64,000 nucleotides of DNA, taken from positions 38,862,388 to 38,926,387 of the forward strand of contig NC_092670.1 of NCBI RefSeq assembly GCF_964355755.1. Reading direction: 5' to 3'. How positions within the stretch are numbered: position 1 is the stretch's first letter; each line of letters begins with the position of its first letter. The translations under genes and the position numbers were made by a program. The notes beneath the pieces are model-generated. The model did not search any database. It worked only from the letters and a program-made list of their open reading frames with translations, and had not been told where the DNA came from. This document shows, piece by piece, positions 1 to 13,852 of the stretch. The DNA is from Antedon mediterranea. Lineage: Eukaryota > Animalia > Echinodermata.

Positions 1-140
1 AGTCAAGTCAAGTATCATTTATTATCATTTGTTTTAGGAAAAACATAGAAATTCTGTTTGCTCTATATAAGATTAAAGTAATATCAAATGTACCTCTGAA
101 ACGTATCAGAGTGTTATCAAGGTACATCCACATGGAGTGG

Positions 141-200
141 AGTTGTGGCTTGGTGGTTATAATGCTTGGCTACCACTACAAGGGTCCTGGGTTAAAATCC
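141..200 (+). mobile_element. Degenerate tRNA-derived SINE head
   Basis: A-box-like TGGCTTGGTGG and B-box-like GGTTAAAATCC at tRNA spacing; no intact cloverleaf. Confidence 0.45.
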
Positions 201-329
201 CGTCACATGTCAGGATTTTTTCTAAGGACCAAATTACTCCACTCCCAAAGACTTGTAATAAGACTTTGTTTATGTAGAGCATCTTGTGTATGTTTGTCTT
301 GTGAACCTCTGAGGGTCCCTCAGCTGGAT

Positions 330-740
330 GGATCACCCTCATTTTCTCCTATTTTATATAACCTCCATTGGCTACCTATTGACTCACGTATAAAATATAA
401 GATCCTTTTACTAATATTTAAAGCGCTACTTCTTAAACAACCTACTTATCTCCTTGATGTTCTTCCCTCCTACTGGACTGCTACACCCCTCTTGCTTGTC
501 TTTGTTCGGCTGATCAAAACCTACTACTTGTTCCTAGAATTAACACCAAATCTTATGGACAAGATGTTCTCTGCTGCTTCTCTTTGGAATTCTCTCCCTC
601 GTCATTTTAGTAAATCAAATTGCTATTTTTAAAAAAGAACTTAAAACGCATCTTTTTAACATCCAATATAAGCGCCTTTGATTTTTACTTCGGTTTAGTT
701 GATTCTGGCGCTATACAAATACCTAAATTATTATTATTAT
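330..740 (+). mobile_element. 3' remnant of an L2/CR1-group LINE ORF2
   Basis: Translation PILYNLHWLPIDSRIKYKILLLIFKAL..PTYL and FSAASLWNSLP matches the typical L2-clade ORF2 C-terminus (LHWLP..RI.FK; P.LWN.LP); frameshifted; ends in a (TTA)n tail near 728-741. Confidence 0.8.
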
Positions 741-1594
741 TAAATATGGTTAAAAAAAAAATAAAAAAATCAGGATCACTGTATACCGGAGTTAACAAAG
801 AATATAAGAATTAAACACTGAAGTCAGTTAACCATACAGAATATATCTATGTTGTAACTTAAGTTCAGATCAGCTTCGTTTATGCACGCTTAACTTGTGA
901 TTGGTAAAAAAAAATAGGAATAAGTAGTGCTTGTTGAAATTTAAATTGAATGAAAAAAGGGCTTGATTGCCTAAAGCAAGTTTTGTGATCTGACAATCGT
1001 TTATTGGTTGCAATTACTAGTACTTTGCAGGTTCCTGTCCAAATAGTAAAAACCATGTCAAATATATTTTACTGATTTCTACACTAAACATTATTGTTCT
1101 TAGGAAATAATGCTCCTACCCTGAATATGTACTATAGAGTTTAGTTTATGATTATATTTTGGTTCTGTACAGTAGGCCAGATTTTAGTTGTTGTTCAACT
1201 CTATGATACAAGTAATATGTAAAGGATTATATGAAATTTAAAAGGATTATACTAATAATACTAAAGTATAAAAGTAAAAATGCATTAAAAACCATGTGGT
1301 AGGCTGCTACAAGACTATATTTACGCTACACATATGTTTGCTAGGATTGCTAAACAAAAATAATTGAATCATTATTCTGAAGAAATTTCTGAAGACCACA
1401 TTTAACAATAATTAAAACTGTTACGTCAACAAGTCAAGCAGTGTTTTTTGTAAGAAATATTTCTTGTTTTATATGGTAACTTCACTATCTTCATAGTTTG
1501 CTGCATTACCTTGTATATAGTATATAGTCCTTCAGATGGGACATAAAGCTGTAGTATTAAAACAATTATCTATTAAAATATATTATCCAAATTC

Positions 1595-1780
1595 CTTCAC
1601 TTGCACTGATGAAGGGCTAGTGTTGCCCGAAAGCTCTGCTAACTTTTCTGGCTGTTTTACTTCTCGTTTTGATTTAGCTTTTTGCTTTTATTTTGTTTCT
1701 CAATTGAGATCCAGCCACTGATACCCACAGCATTGTCATTTTTTTCAGTAATTTGCCTTTGGATTTATATTATATATATA
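1595..1780 (+). mobile_element. Penelope-like terminal-repeat fragment (family shared with 32308-32550)
   Basis: Hammerhead followed by ...cagccactga..cccacagcattgtcatttttcagtaatttgcc.ttggatttatat, repeated at 32310-32450; ends in a (TA)n tract. Confidence 0.65.
1601..1641 (+). ncRNA. Minimal type I hammerhead ribozyme (Penelope-like element type)
   Basis: GCA-CTGATGA(1606-1612)-A-GGGC tagtgtt GCCC-GAAA-GC-TC-TGC: core boxes, stem II, palindromic stem III (AGCT) and a short stem I GCA/TGC. Confidence 0.7.
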
Positions 1781-3894
1781 TTTTTTTTGTTACATCTATT
1801 TATTGAATATTGTTATTTGTTATGATATGGACATTGTTCTGAAATAAAAGTGAATTGTGAAAATAGCTGTTAAAATACTATCAACCAGCTATCACAGCAG
1901 TACACAGTAGAGTTGATTCACTAGATTTACATAGCTGCTACTGTGTAATAAGCAATCTGATAATACAGTGCTCTATCAGAGCTTAACCCTTGGACCCAGT
2001 CAAAGCCATTAGTACCATTAATACAGCCATAATATAATTCATAAATCATAGTCTATATAAAGTGTATAGTATTATATGAAATACAAAATGATTATCAGCA
2101 CTAAAAATGTAGGCCTTCAAATACACCAATTTCTGATGTTATGTTTTCTATCTATATATTTATTTATTTATTTATTGTACAGTAATCTCATTGTAATGTT
2201 TTTTTTTTATTTTGTAAATGGTGGTCTCTTATTTTGACTACCATCCATATATATAAATAATGATTTAAAAAAAAATATATATATCATTTGTGGAAAATCA
2301 ATAAAAAAACAACAATTTATTTAAGCATTTTGTGACATTAGCTTATGCAAAAAAATGGTATATCAGTTACTAAATAAAACCTATAGTTTTAATTGTAAAA
2401 AATCAATTGATTTAGTTGTTCTACTTGTGCTATGAAACTACTTTAGGCCTACCGATTATCAACTGAAAAGAGACAGAACCCAGGGGTTGAAATAAGGGAC
2501 ATTTTAAAAGCCAATGAACACAAGTCCCATGACAGTGTCAAATTTGTCTTATAAGGAAGTCGTTTGATCCTTGGAAATAATCTTCCAATTAGGAGGGCTG
2601 AAGATGATCGCAAAATATTAGCGGCATCATTTGATTCAAGCGTCCACTCTGCGTACTTGCTTACTCAAAATCTTGTAAGTTTACTTAAGTAGGATATTGG
2701 TTCAATACCCTGGTTCCACAGGGAGGTATTTGAATTCATTTAGTATAATCCTGAATATTAAGGTTATTATGTTTTAAAAAAGTTGCGGTAATGTTGGCTA
2801 TTACAAGTTAGTTTGCATCTTTTGTCCTGAACTAGGACACTTTTGGAAGAAATTATTTTCAGATACGCTTTAATAACCTTAGTTTTTGGATTGGAAACTT
2901 TGCAAGCTAAAGTTGGATTGGTAAAGAGGGTTTGTTATTCAACCTTCTAGCCTAAAAGTTTCAACAAAGAAGGTTAAAGTTCAGCCATCATAGCAGATCC
3001 TTTAATATTTGATGGTACTGTATATATTATTCCACATTTTTTTTCTTGTGATAAACTTGTAATATAGGCCAAATTAACAAAGAAGGTATGCATCCCACAT
3101 TCAATTGTTCCTTTTGTTATACTTTCTTTATTAAAACACCCGGTTTTATTAACTGATATTTTTATATTGATCTGTATATTTTTATTATATCTTTTGTATA
3201 TGTTTTAATTGAAGAAATGTATTTTTATTACAGTCACTTGTTGACCTAAATCTTGTATGTATTAACTTACTATTAACCTCCTTATATTAAAGGTCTTACA
3301 TAAAACATAGAAACAACTTGTAACTATGTCTTCATAAAAATTTATACAAAGAAATTTTGTTTTAAATTTCGATTTAAAAAGATACATAGGCCTACAGTAC
3401 ATCAGACAACAAAAATGGCAAATATTGTAAGAAATATGCAGTAACGTCAGTCATCAACAGGCGTAGATTTAGGCAGGGGCCAAACAGGCTTTAACCCCAT
3501 CCCCGCTAAAATTTAAAATAAATTTTTTTATTTTTCTGCAACTTAATGGATTGTTTTTATCATTTATGAAATATTTAGCGCCCCCCCCCCCCCCTAATCT
3601 ATAATGCTGGATCCACCTCACCTCAATGATAATAGCATTAATCTGTTCCATCAAAACTGAACACTAACACAAAACAGTGTTAGGGTTGACAGTATAGTAT
3701 ATATCATTATAATATACAGTACTACTAGACTGTACATGGATTTTCATACTTTTTTTTGACTAGAGCCCTCTATATATATTCTACTTTTGAAAGTTCATTA
3801 TTAGTATTACAGTATATCCTTATCATTGATCTACTGTTATTAATGTAATTGTCAAAAGAAGTGCATAGAAGTACTCTGGTCTATTCTAGTTTGA

Positions 3895-4038
3895 TAAAAT
3901 TTAAAATTCTTTAAAATAAAATCAGACTTTAAATAGGCCATTTTGCAATTTTAATAGAGTTATTCACTTCTGTAGAAACAAAAATTATTATTCACATATT
4001 TAAAAAAAAATTTTTTTTAGGGGAAAATATATCTTTAA
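3895..4038. mobile_element. Partial Kolobok-like MITE (family B)
   Basis: Shares aaatcagactttaaataggccattttgca and the terminal gggg.aaatatatctTTAA with the 6037-6346 copy. Confidence 0.6.
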
Positions 4039-4424
4039 TTAATTATAAATTTGAAATATTGATATATATTTGCAAATGATTGAGTGGCATTGTTAAATCA
4101 TAACTCAAGTTATCAGATCATTTTGTGGCAATCATCACGGGTCCAACATATATTGGTCTCTCAGCAGTGTGGCCTAAAAACATGGTTGCAGGCCATCAGG
4201 GACCGTTGGTGTTAATTCTCTTTGCGTTTTTAAGCCTCATGAGAGTATTTGGTTGAGAGGTGGCCCAAATCAGCTGTCTACACTTGAAAATTAAACGTTG
4301 AACTTTCAGCCTAGCATGCTTTTATATTAAAGAAAATGGTTATAAAATATAAGATAGAGGGAATTTAAATTCAGTGGTTTACTGTACAGAACATGAAGAG
4401 GAAAAAAATATGTTTTAGGTTTTA

Positions 4425-4586
4425 GGCTCTGTCTAAAAACACTAACAAATGTTATGTGTCAAAAAAATGTGATGTGCCCATATAGACATGGTGATGTCAT
4501 ATCACTACAATATGTGGGCATATCACTACCATATTTGGGCACATCACACTTTTTTTAAAAACTAGTTTGGTATTGTAGACAGAGCT
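4425..4586. mobile_element. Harbinger-like MITE family A, copy 1
   Basis: TIR (A/G)GCTCTGTCTA...TAGACAGAGCT; internal 21-bp ccatatttgggcatatcacta units. Confidence 0.8.
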
Positions 4587-5353
4587 TGAGGGTCCCTACA
4601 TGGCACTCATCTGTCCATGACATGGGCTAGAGTGGACCACCAGAACACTGAAGTAACCCTACTCTTTTGAATGAACCTTTGAAGCTGATCCAAGAAGGCT
4701 TGTTCTATATGGTTGAGGAAAGAATCTTTGAACTCATGTAAATGTCGTGGCTATAGGTTGTGGTGCCCCTGCACTGGGCCACCCAGGTTTTCTACCATTG
4801 CAGGTCCTAGCCGTATGCCAATGTAACTGGAGTAGGACTACAATAATGAAAAAGCAAATGTTTGATCAGATTATTGGAAATAAGTTGATAAAGAGATTAT
4901 AAATAAACTAACAAGCTTCTGTTGATATTCCTGGCACCATACAAGCCCTTTGAGATAATCTCACCCCCTTTGAGATAATCTCGCCGCATCAATTCGCAAG
5001 TCATTTACATGTGGACATAACGCGATAAGTATGATTTACCCTCCTTATCATGCTTCGTAAATGAGATGATATTTTGTTTTACACTTCATGTGAACGAAAA
5101 TGAGCACATTTATTGCTAAGGACGTATTGATAAAGTTCAGTCTTATCCTGTTTATTTTGAATTCTTCAGTGTGAATTTATATTTAGTCTTTGTGTACGCG
5201 CATAAAGTAGCTACTTGATAGATAGTGTAGGCCTACTGTATTTTTTAGTATTTTTTATCAATCAAAAGTTACATAGAACTACAGTAGTAATACAGTAGGT
5301 TTTATTCTGAATAAATGTCAAATGCTACATATCATAATTGCAATCAACTGTAA

Positions 5354-5503
5354 GGCTCTGTCTACACTAGAAGCAAACTTTATTATCAAAAAAATGTGAT
5401 GTGCCCATATATGGACATGATGATGTCATATTTGGGCATATTACTACTATATTTGGGGACATCGCATTTTTTTTGTCAAAATAGTTTGATTGTAAGCAGA
5501 GCT
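5354..5503. mobile_element. Harbinger-like MITE family A, copy 2
   Basis: Same TIRs and core; TAA/TTA flanks. Confidence 0.8.
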
Positions 5504-6036
5504 TTATGTTAATTTCATGCAATGTATTTTGGAAACTGCAGTAAGGTAGGATAAGGAGTGGTACAGGAAACCCTTATGATGAGGATGTACAGTATATTGG
5601 GATGGGTTAGCTAATGACAATTTCTGACATCCCTCTAACATCAATAAACCTACCTGTTTACAATATAGTGGAATCCGGCAACACAAAATGACTGTCTGTT
5701 ACACTGCATGAATTTGATTAAGAAATACGATGTGTTCGGGAAATGTAGATGTGTTTTCCAGGAAGCCAGTGTCACAAAAATACACTGTTTTGAGGAAGTT
5801 TCACCACCTCGTCGCCAATTTTAATTGTGTTTTTATTGTGCTGCGCCAAGTGTGCCATAAATCACATATAGCTGTATCTTTATTGCTGCAGGAGCTAGAC
5901 ACACCTTTGGTACTCATATCAGAGGATGACACTATTTATTACTTTAAATGATATTTTGTGACTTTTTGTTGACAGTGTTTTTTGGACACAGTGAAACTCG
6001 CCTTAATTCTGGAATAATCTTATCAAACACGTTTAA

Positions 6037-6346
6037 AGATGTATTGTCCCCCAAAAACATGAAAAATGAAGACTTTAAATAGTCCATTTTGCAGTTTTAA
6101 TCGAGTTTATCACTTCTTAAAAAAAAAAAATTATTTTCCCTAATATAAAAAGAGAAAAGAAACTAATTTTAAGCAAAAACCATTCTCTGACAAGTCAGAA
6201 AATTTAAATATTTTTTGCTTTAAATTTCTTCAGGTAAATATTTTTTTTTCGATCCAGTTTTTGGTTAAAGTGGATAACTATTGTGGGACACTAAAATGGC
6301 ATATTCAACAAAAAATTAGAAAAAAAATTAGGTGGACAATGTATCT
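6037..6346. mobile_element. Kolobok-like MITE family B, full copy
   Basis: TTAA-AGATGTATTGTCC...GGACAATGTATCT-TTAA: terminal inverted repeats starting with RR and TTAA on both sides. Confidence 0.75.
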
Positions 6347-7099
6347 TTAAATTAACATTAAAAAAAAGAAGAAAAATATTACTTTCTAATTTAAGTTAGC
6401 ATTTAACCATTTATATTCCTAGCATTACACTAGTACTGTAGTAGCAAAAAATAAAATGTGTCTTGTTTGTATTGCTTAACATTGAATATAATACCATGGT
6501 CAAACACATAAAATATGAGTACTACAGTAATCAGTGTTTGTACTGTATATTAAAACAAGCAAAGCATTTGACAATTCAAATATTAGTGTTCAGTAGCTAT
6601 CACCATAAAACAATCTCTTAAGTTAATATTACCAGTACTCATTCAATAGTTATTGTAGTAATGGTCATAAAACATGTCACCTCATAACCCCACTTGATTG
6701 CTAATGGATTTCAAACGTCCAGTTCATTCAAGGCCATACTTGATTTCAGGTGTGGATTTAGCCCCCCCCCCCCCCCCCACCTCCTCCCCCTAACATTTAA
6801 CAGCCTTTTCTTTTTAAAGTAATAATGACTATACCTATTTTTCTGCAACCCGATATTCATAATATGAAATAGTTAGCCTCTTCCTTCCTTATCTATAATG
6901 CTGAATCCTCCCCTGGATAGTTACATATCCTCACTTTGTGGTAGGATGTATTCCCACTTCCCCACTCTTCCATTCCAATCGTCTAACATTTTCAGATGGT
7001 CTACGTCACTGGCTTGACCACGCTGGCTTAGCCTCTCCCTTTCAAAAGATGAAAAAGGAAAACAGCCCTTTTTGTTTTAAGGGTAAATAGGACATACCT

Positions 7100-7335
7100 T
7101 ATCCTTAGGCAAGATGCTTTACTCTAATTGCTTCAGCCTTTGGATGGGGTGTAAAGCCATTCGTACTGTGTAGTGTATGTTAAAGAACTTAGTACACTAT
7201 TCTAAAAGAGTATGATCGTCTCCCGTGTGCTGATATGGTAGGCGCTGTGCTGCTGGCTGCCGTGGGTCCATGGAGGGCCTAATCGAATGTCCTCTGTTTC
7301 CAGTTAACATAATAAATACATTTTTATTTTTATTT
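7100..7335 (+). mobile_element. Deu/Nin-domain-type SINE, degenerate
   Basis: ccttaggcaagatgcttt...ggatgggg.gtaaagcc...gttaaagaac..agtacacta...aaaagagta, typical central SINE domain. Confidence 0.6.
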
Positions 7336-8264
7336 ACCATGACTCTCTTCTAAATCTTCCTCCAGATACCATATACCTTTATTAAAACTTTCATTGGAGC
7401 GTTTTCACTCTAGAACCTCACAATATTGTTTCTATAAAAATAAAGTGTAGGAAATTTGTTTTAAGGAATAAGGTCTTGAAAAATGTCCGATCAGTAGAAA
7501 CCTCAGTTATTTTTGCATTTTTGTTTATGACCTCACTGATAATATTAACGAGAGATCTTTAATCTATTAATTGCCAGTTTATGATGTGTAACAATCAAAA
7601 CTATCATCCTATCTGCAAATTTCTCCCCTAATTATTGATCATATCAACTTGACCATCATAAGCTGAAGAGTATTAAATGTTTTATTATACAATTCAGGAT
7701 AAATAATCTTTATCTACCATGTTATTTCCCCAAAAAACCACCACCAGTAAGATAATTATCCACCATACACCAATAGGCCTAATTCTTTGAAAGTTTAAAC
7801 ATGGTTTTTAATTATGGCAGGAAATATTTATTCAAAATATTAAAATGTGAATGAATCTGTGGCGATAAAAAGAGCAAGTATTCCTTGATGTTTGACTTTA
7901 TCAGGTACATTATATTTACAAGTCATAAAAACAACTATCAAATTTGTTTAAAGTGTTATCGACAAGTGGACATCACCGGATTGGTCAAGAGTTGTTGATT
8001 TACACAACACCAGATAGTGACCGTTAGATATATTTTTTTCTTGCATTGTGATACTTCCTTAATTACACCATGATTTCATAGAAGTATTATACCATTACAG
8101 CAAAGTGAACAGGAATGGGACTCCTCAAAATGACCGCTGTATCTAAATATTATATTAGTATATAATAATTTAAAATATAAATCCACATATTAATATAACA
8201 TATGTTTAAATCTTCTTCTTCTATTTCAAGGAGCAAACTTCATAGTTGAAGGCTACTGCTCTAC

Positions 8265-8452
8265 TAAGGGTCCCATTGTGACTTCGACAGCCAACTAGGC
8301 ACCAATACGTCTGTCCACGACAGTGTGTGTGTATGAATGAACTAGTACACAGGGGTAACCCCTACTCATCTCGAAAGATGTACTAGGTTCTTTAAAGTGC
8401 ACATGAGCCAGATGTACACTTGACCTACGGTTTATAGTCCTTATCTGAGAAT
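8265..8452 (-). mobile_element. Deu/Nin-domain-type SINE fragment
   Basis: ggggtaacccctactc...ggttctttaaagtgcaca...gacctacggtttatagtccttatc, closely similar to 51165-51270. Confidence 0.7.
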
Positions 8453-11400
8453 TAATAGAAATGTTCTATATGACTGAGTTAATGGGTACAATTATAACTG
8501 ACGAGGATGGATGCAGCCACACATGCGGTAGTCAGTGGTGGATTTAAAAAATGTTTGCACCATTACCTACCATGTACACAAGGAAGAAACATCACTTATT
8601 ATTTGCATGCAAGATATGATAGTTTTATAGTATATGATGGTTCTGTAGGCGACTACTGTATACGCCACTCATTATAAAACAAACCATTAACCCATGGTAT
8701 CAACCATAAACCAATCTGTTATCAATACAACATATAGTCAGTGATTGTATGCTATCAATTTTATGTATATTCTAATGTTGACCTATGACAATTAATAGTT
8801 TTGATGAGCCAATGTAAAAATACTACATTGCTTCTAGGACTTACTATTGTTTGTTTAACTACTATGATGGGTAATAAAATCTTAAAAAGCAAAATGTAGT
8901 AATTACCCTACTATATTAACCTGCTAACTAGGCACTTTACTTTTTTTACGCCGTAGTGCAAAAGATAGGACACTAATTTTAGTTGAGCACCTACAATTTG
9001 CAATTTTTAAGCCCTGGGCCCCCCTATTTCAAAATCTTGGATCAGCCATTGGTAGCTTACTGACAATGTCTCCCTGTGCATATAGCCTGTTCCTTGTTCA
9101 TCATTGGTTACTCATTGTCGCAATTAATTATTAACAAAATACTATTGGCTATTTATTCTTTTTTTGTGTGTGAAGTAGTGTAATACCGTCATTGTGGGCT
9201 TTGCTAAGATTAAGAACATACTAAGAAATTAATCAAATTTGGTAAAAAGGCCCTTTAAATTAATTAAAACTTATTTGAAATTAGTTTGTAATCCACAATA
9301 TTTGTATGTAAAGTGAAGATTATTGATCAACTAATGACTCTTATAATTAAACCTATCTCACTTTACACTTAAAGATTTTGCCCAATTATTACAAAGTGAA
9401 TACAGATCTAACCAATCATATAGAAGAGTTAATTAAGATCAACCAATAGCTGTAGTTGTTGAAAATGCTTTTTACATTGCATTGACCTATCAGATGCGTC
9501 GTTTGACATGTTATGTAAATGAGGTTTGCCAAGTAGCTTTTCTTGGTGCAATCGATTATGTTACTAACTGCTGTGGTTGCATTGTGCCAGAGTTGAGCTT
9601 AAGTAAGTTGACTCACGTAAGACCTACAGTACACAAGCATACATCCAAGAGTGCTTATAAAGAATAGGCGTGTACAAACACCGCTTTGTGAATCAAACAA
9701 ATGCGCTCCATTCCGAAAATCACAAAGGCCGCCGACTTGTTGATATTGACAATTTTCGATAATGACATGAAATTTTCGACTTGTTTTAATTACCTAAGTT
9801 CTCTATGGTTGACTCGGGCTTGCGACATCACTAACAGCGTGTAACCTTTATTCCGAGTTTAAATTATGCTCAATACAGTTGCTTAATATAGGTTCATGCG
9901 ACGATGATCACATCGCGTGCTATCCACTCCACTCAAAAAGTTTATACAACATTAAGTCTCTACTTTAGATTGCTCTATCCATGTTCTTTCATTTCGCTCA
10001 ATCATTCTGATATTGTTGCTTCTACGTTTATCTACTACTGTTATTTATCCAATCCAATATTGTTCTAATACTGTACTTTTCCAACAGTGAACAGATAAAG
10101 TATTCTGGACATTCGCCAGTTACTCACAAGAGCTTGTAAATTATATTAGAAATACTATACTTTTAAACATGTGGACTTTTTGGAGAGGTTATCCAATAAG
10201 TGATTCTTGGTAATCGTTTTGTTTGATTGAATAAAAAAAGATATTTGATTATAAATCAAAAAGTTAAAAAGTAAAACAAGAAATTATATTAATTTTTGAC
10301 ACACTTTACAAGGTTATTGATGACTAGCAAGAGAACAGTTTAAAACATTTAATATAAATAAAACAAAAATTTGATGAAGTGACAATTGGTGTATCTGGGA
10401 TTTTCCAGATTTTTTTTGCATTGTATTTTTCAAATCGCTGATTCCCCTTTCCTCCTTAGATCCGCATTTATTATCTAATAATTACTTTCATTAGTGATAC
10501 TGTAGATAGATTTTTTTAAATAGATTTAAAACCATAGAATACTTACTTTCACTAGTGATATATAAAAAATAGATTAAAATACCAAACATTTTGGTTCAAA
10601 TTGGCTTGCAACCTCTTGTGGACAAAAGGAAAATAAATGTTGATTCAAGTCTAATTTTGTTTTATAATGCACTACAAGTGGCCACTTAGCGAGGAAAGTA
10701 TCACTTTCCTTTCTCCACATATTCCAATTTTTTTTGCGTCTGGAGATCAGGTCTCTACTGATTATTCTGGCTCGTTACAAGCTGAAGCAACAATTAACCA
10801 AAATGAAATCAATGTCCAAACTTGTTGACACATCGTTTTCCCCTCATTTAATCCTCTTGTTATGACTGTAACATAGCCAACTCAATTTTCCTGATTCTAC
10901 AAGGTTATCAATTTTTGTGGGTCGATCCCCCTGTCGTTGTTGATGACAAGTCCCACATACGACCCACAGCTGATATTAATTTACGGATTTCTGCGCTAAC
11001 TTCTTCAACGGGTTTTACTGATTGTACACTGGTAGAATCGGCATATTCGCCCTGGCAGTTGTTCGATTCCCAAGGGGAAAGTCATCTTAAAGCTTCCTGT
11101 TTTGTCCAATGGGTCCGTGCTGGCCTAGTAACCCTCGCATTTACTACCGTTCAGCGGTGTGAACAACTTTGCCATTGGGATTACTAAGTTTTATTAGTTG
11201 CCAGTGAATCAGGGACTATTTAGTCCAATTTTATTAGGGATGGCAAGAAATAGTGTAATTTATTTCAGTGTGTATCATGCATGATGCTCTTGCCAGAATT
11301 TTCTAATTTGTCAGTGTTTTCGTGAAACATGGTACTACCAGTCTGATCTATTTTTAGTATTTTTATTCCCACTTGTATGTGTTATATTCTGTAAATATTT

Positions 11401-11959
11401 GTTTTCAATGTATCACTATATAATAAATGCCCTGAATTTGGTTTCCTATATGTTTCATTGATTGTTTATTTTTATTTATTTATTTATTTGCACAAAAACA
11501 TTGCAACAGGAACAAAGTTCCCACTTAAAGGTGATGTTTAAAAAAAATATTAAACAAACATTGTCTGTAAGTGGGAATATCATAATATAATATAAAAATA
11601 TCTATATACAAAATATTCAATGTGAAATATCCAAAATTAAGATAAAAATAACCCACCTACCATCAACATAAATATAAACTAAAAACGGGAAACATAACAA
11701 ATACGACGTTTAAACTTATTTAAGGAATCAGAAAACAGTAGCAACAAAAAACTGTAGTACTATAAGGAATGCCCTGAATTTGTTTGCCATATGTTTGATT
11801 TGATTTAAGGAATAGGAACAAAAATCAGCTTCAGGACAAGTAGTAACAAAAAAAGCTGGTGCAAAAATTGTGTTATCAAATTATCTGATTTAAAAAAAAA
11901 CCCGATACAGATGAGTAGTTGATTTAATAAGAATAAAATGATAATGGTATTCTAGCTAA

Positions 11960-12192
11960 GGATCATGTAAAAACTATTTTACTGCAGTTACTGCAGTAAC
12001 CACACTTTTTACTGCAGTAACGTATAATTTTAGTCTGTTCCAATGTAGAGGTTTATAAGGCAGTCATTGCAATAACAATGTATGTGATTAGTACCCATTA
12101 AAGCTTGTTAAATAATTGAATAAACAGGGTAAACAGTAAACAAAATGTAGTTTACTGCAGCACCTGCAGTAGAAATATTTTGACATGGTTCC
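11960..12192. mobile_element. MITE family C (Harbinger-like)
   Basis: TAA-GGATCATGTAAAAACTATTTTACTGCAG...CTGCAGTAGAAATATTTTGACATGGTTCC-TTA; related actgcag-rich fragments at 16320-16510 and 39790-40020. Confidence 0.6.
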
Positions 12193-13821
12193 TTAATTAT
12201 TTCTTTTAGTTTAGAGTATATGTATGTTATATTTGTGTCTGTATATTTACTGTGCCTTTGAGTACCTCCTTACTTTAAACATTACTTTGAACTATTTATA
12301 AAAAAAACATTTTACTTCCAAATACAAAGTTTGTGATTACTACTAACATGTGTTTCTTTCCTTCAAATGGTTTCAGGTAATCTGAGAAAAAATTAAATTA
12401 AATGTGCCTAAGGGTCTGTTTTGTTTCAAATTTATCTACAAGATTATGTGATTTCCATTGTTAATTTCTAATAAACATTACCAAAGGGACAATAGAAATA
12501 ATAGACTAATAATCCGTTGTTATAAAATTGCCTAAAAGAATGAAAAAAGTTAAGGTAGCTTTGTGGTTGGTTGTGGCTGGCAGTAGGGTGTGTGACAACA
12601 AGAAAGGTTGCTAAACACTTGTTAAAGATATCCATCTAAATAATAGGATCTATGCCCTGTTCTTACTGGCAAATGAGATCCAAGTGGGTGGAGCTTAATC
12701 CAATATCTGTAGCCTATCAGAGACAACGACATGACAGGTGGCTTTATGAGAAATAGCTTTTTGATGGTTAGGCTGGTGTATGGCCTAAAAACAAAAACCG
12801 ACCAAAATCCCTTCCCTTGATCTAAAAGTCTCACACAGTTGAGAAATCCGTCACTGTTAGTGGGAACTCTTCTCACCGATTTTTGGAGTAAAAAAAAATA
12901 ACGCTGACTACCTCCTACTGGTGTAGAGAACATCTGCATTTACGTGAGGTACTATATTGTTGAAAGCACTGGATCGTATTCATCAACGATGGACACTGGA
13001 GCTTTGCCCATGTATTACAGTTGGCAGCTATACATGTCAGCATGCCGGGACCAGAGCTTGTTTCTGTGGCAAAAAGGTACCGATTATTAACATTTTTTAA
13101 AACACTTTAGGGCTTATTTTATTTTTTTGATACATAATGGAAATTAAGATTCGTTTGTGCACGGAATGCAAGGAGGTCCGCGCCTTAGGTTACATAACCG
13201 GACAGGTGCCAGCGTAAGTTTAACCGTTCAGGGCACTCGCTTATTACGTTTGCTAAGGTACATAAGACGAGATCAAATTACCAACTGTGACCAGACCTAG
13301 ATTCTCGCGTTGTTTTTTTCTTTTCTTAAGATGGTGGTACCACGCAGATTACAGGGAACAAACGATAATAATAATTTTGATCGTCATCTTTTTTTATCTT
13401 CAGGCCGTTTAGATTATGTTTTTAACTCCCGAAGGCAATTTTATCCCAAGATGGGATACTGCTACCCCAGGCATTTTCTCTGTTTGCTTTTAATGATTTT
13501 TATGCAAAGAAAACTAAAATATCACTTGCAAACTAAGTTACAAGGCTTACTCTCCCCTTAGAACCCAATTAACAAACTTAAACTTGATAAATTGTCCATC
13601 ATAATTATAATTTCTAAAATAAGTTTATTTGAATGATATCATATTGAATATCAATATTTTATATGGATTCAAAAGTCTGTTAAATGTTAAAATACTATTT
13701 AAATTTATTTTATTTTTCAATTATTATAAAATATATTTATACATCCTATAACAGATTTACACTGTAAAAGAAAAAATTATTAGACAGTTATATTTTAAAT
13801 TTTCAAACATTTGAAAAGCTA

Positions 13822-13852
<31 letters not shown>

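Noticed and set aside
111-632. 173-aa ORF as a host gene
   Set aside because: It is a chance fusion of a SINE head and a frameshifted L2 LINE tail.
2592-2674. Possible exon RAEDDRKILAASFDSSVHSAYLLTQNL followed by gtaagt
   Set aside because: Good donor but no recognisable homology and no partner exons found.
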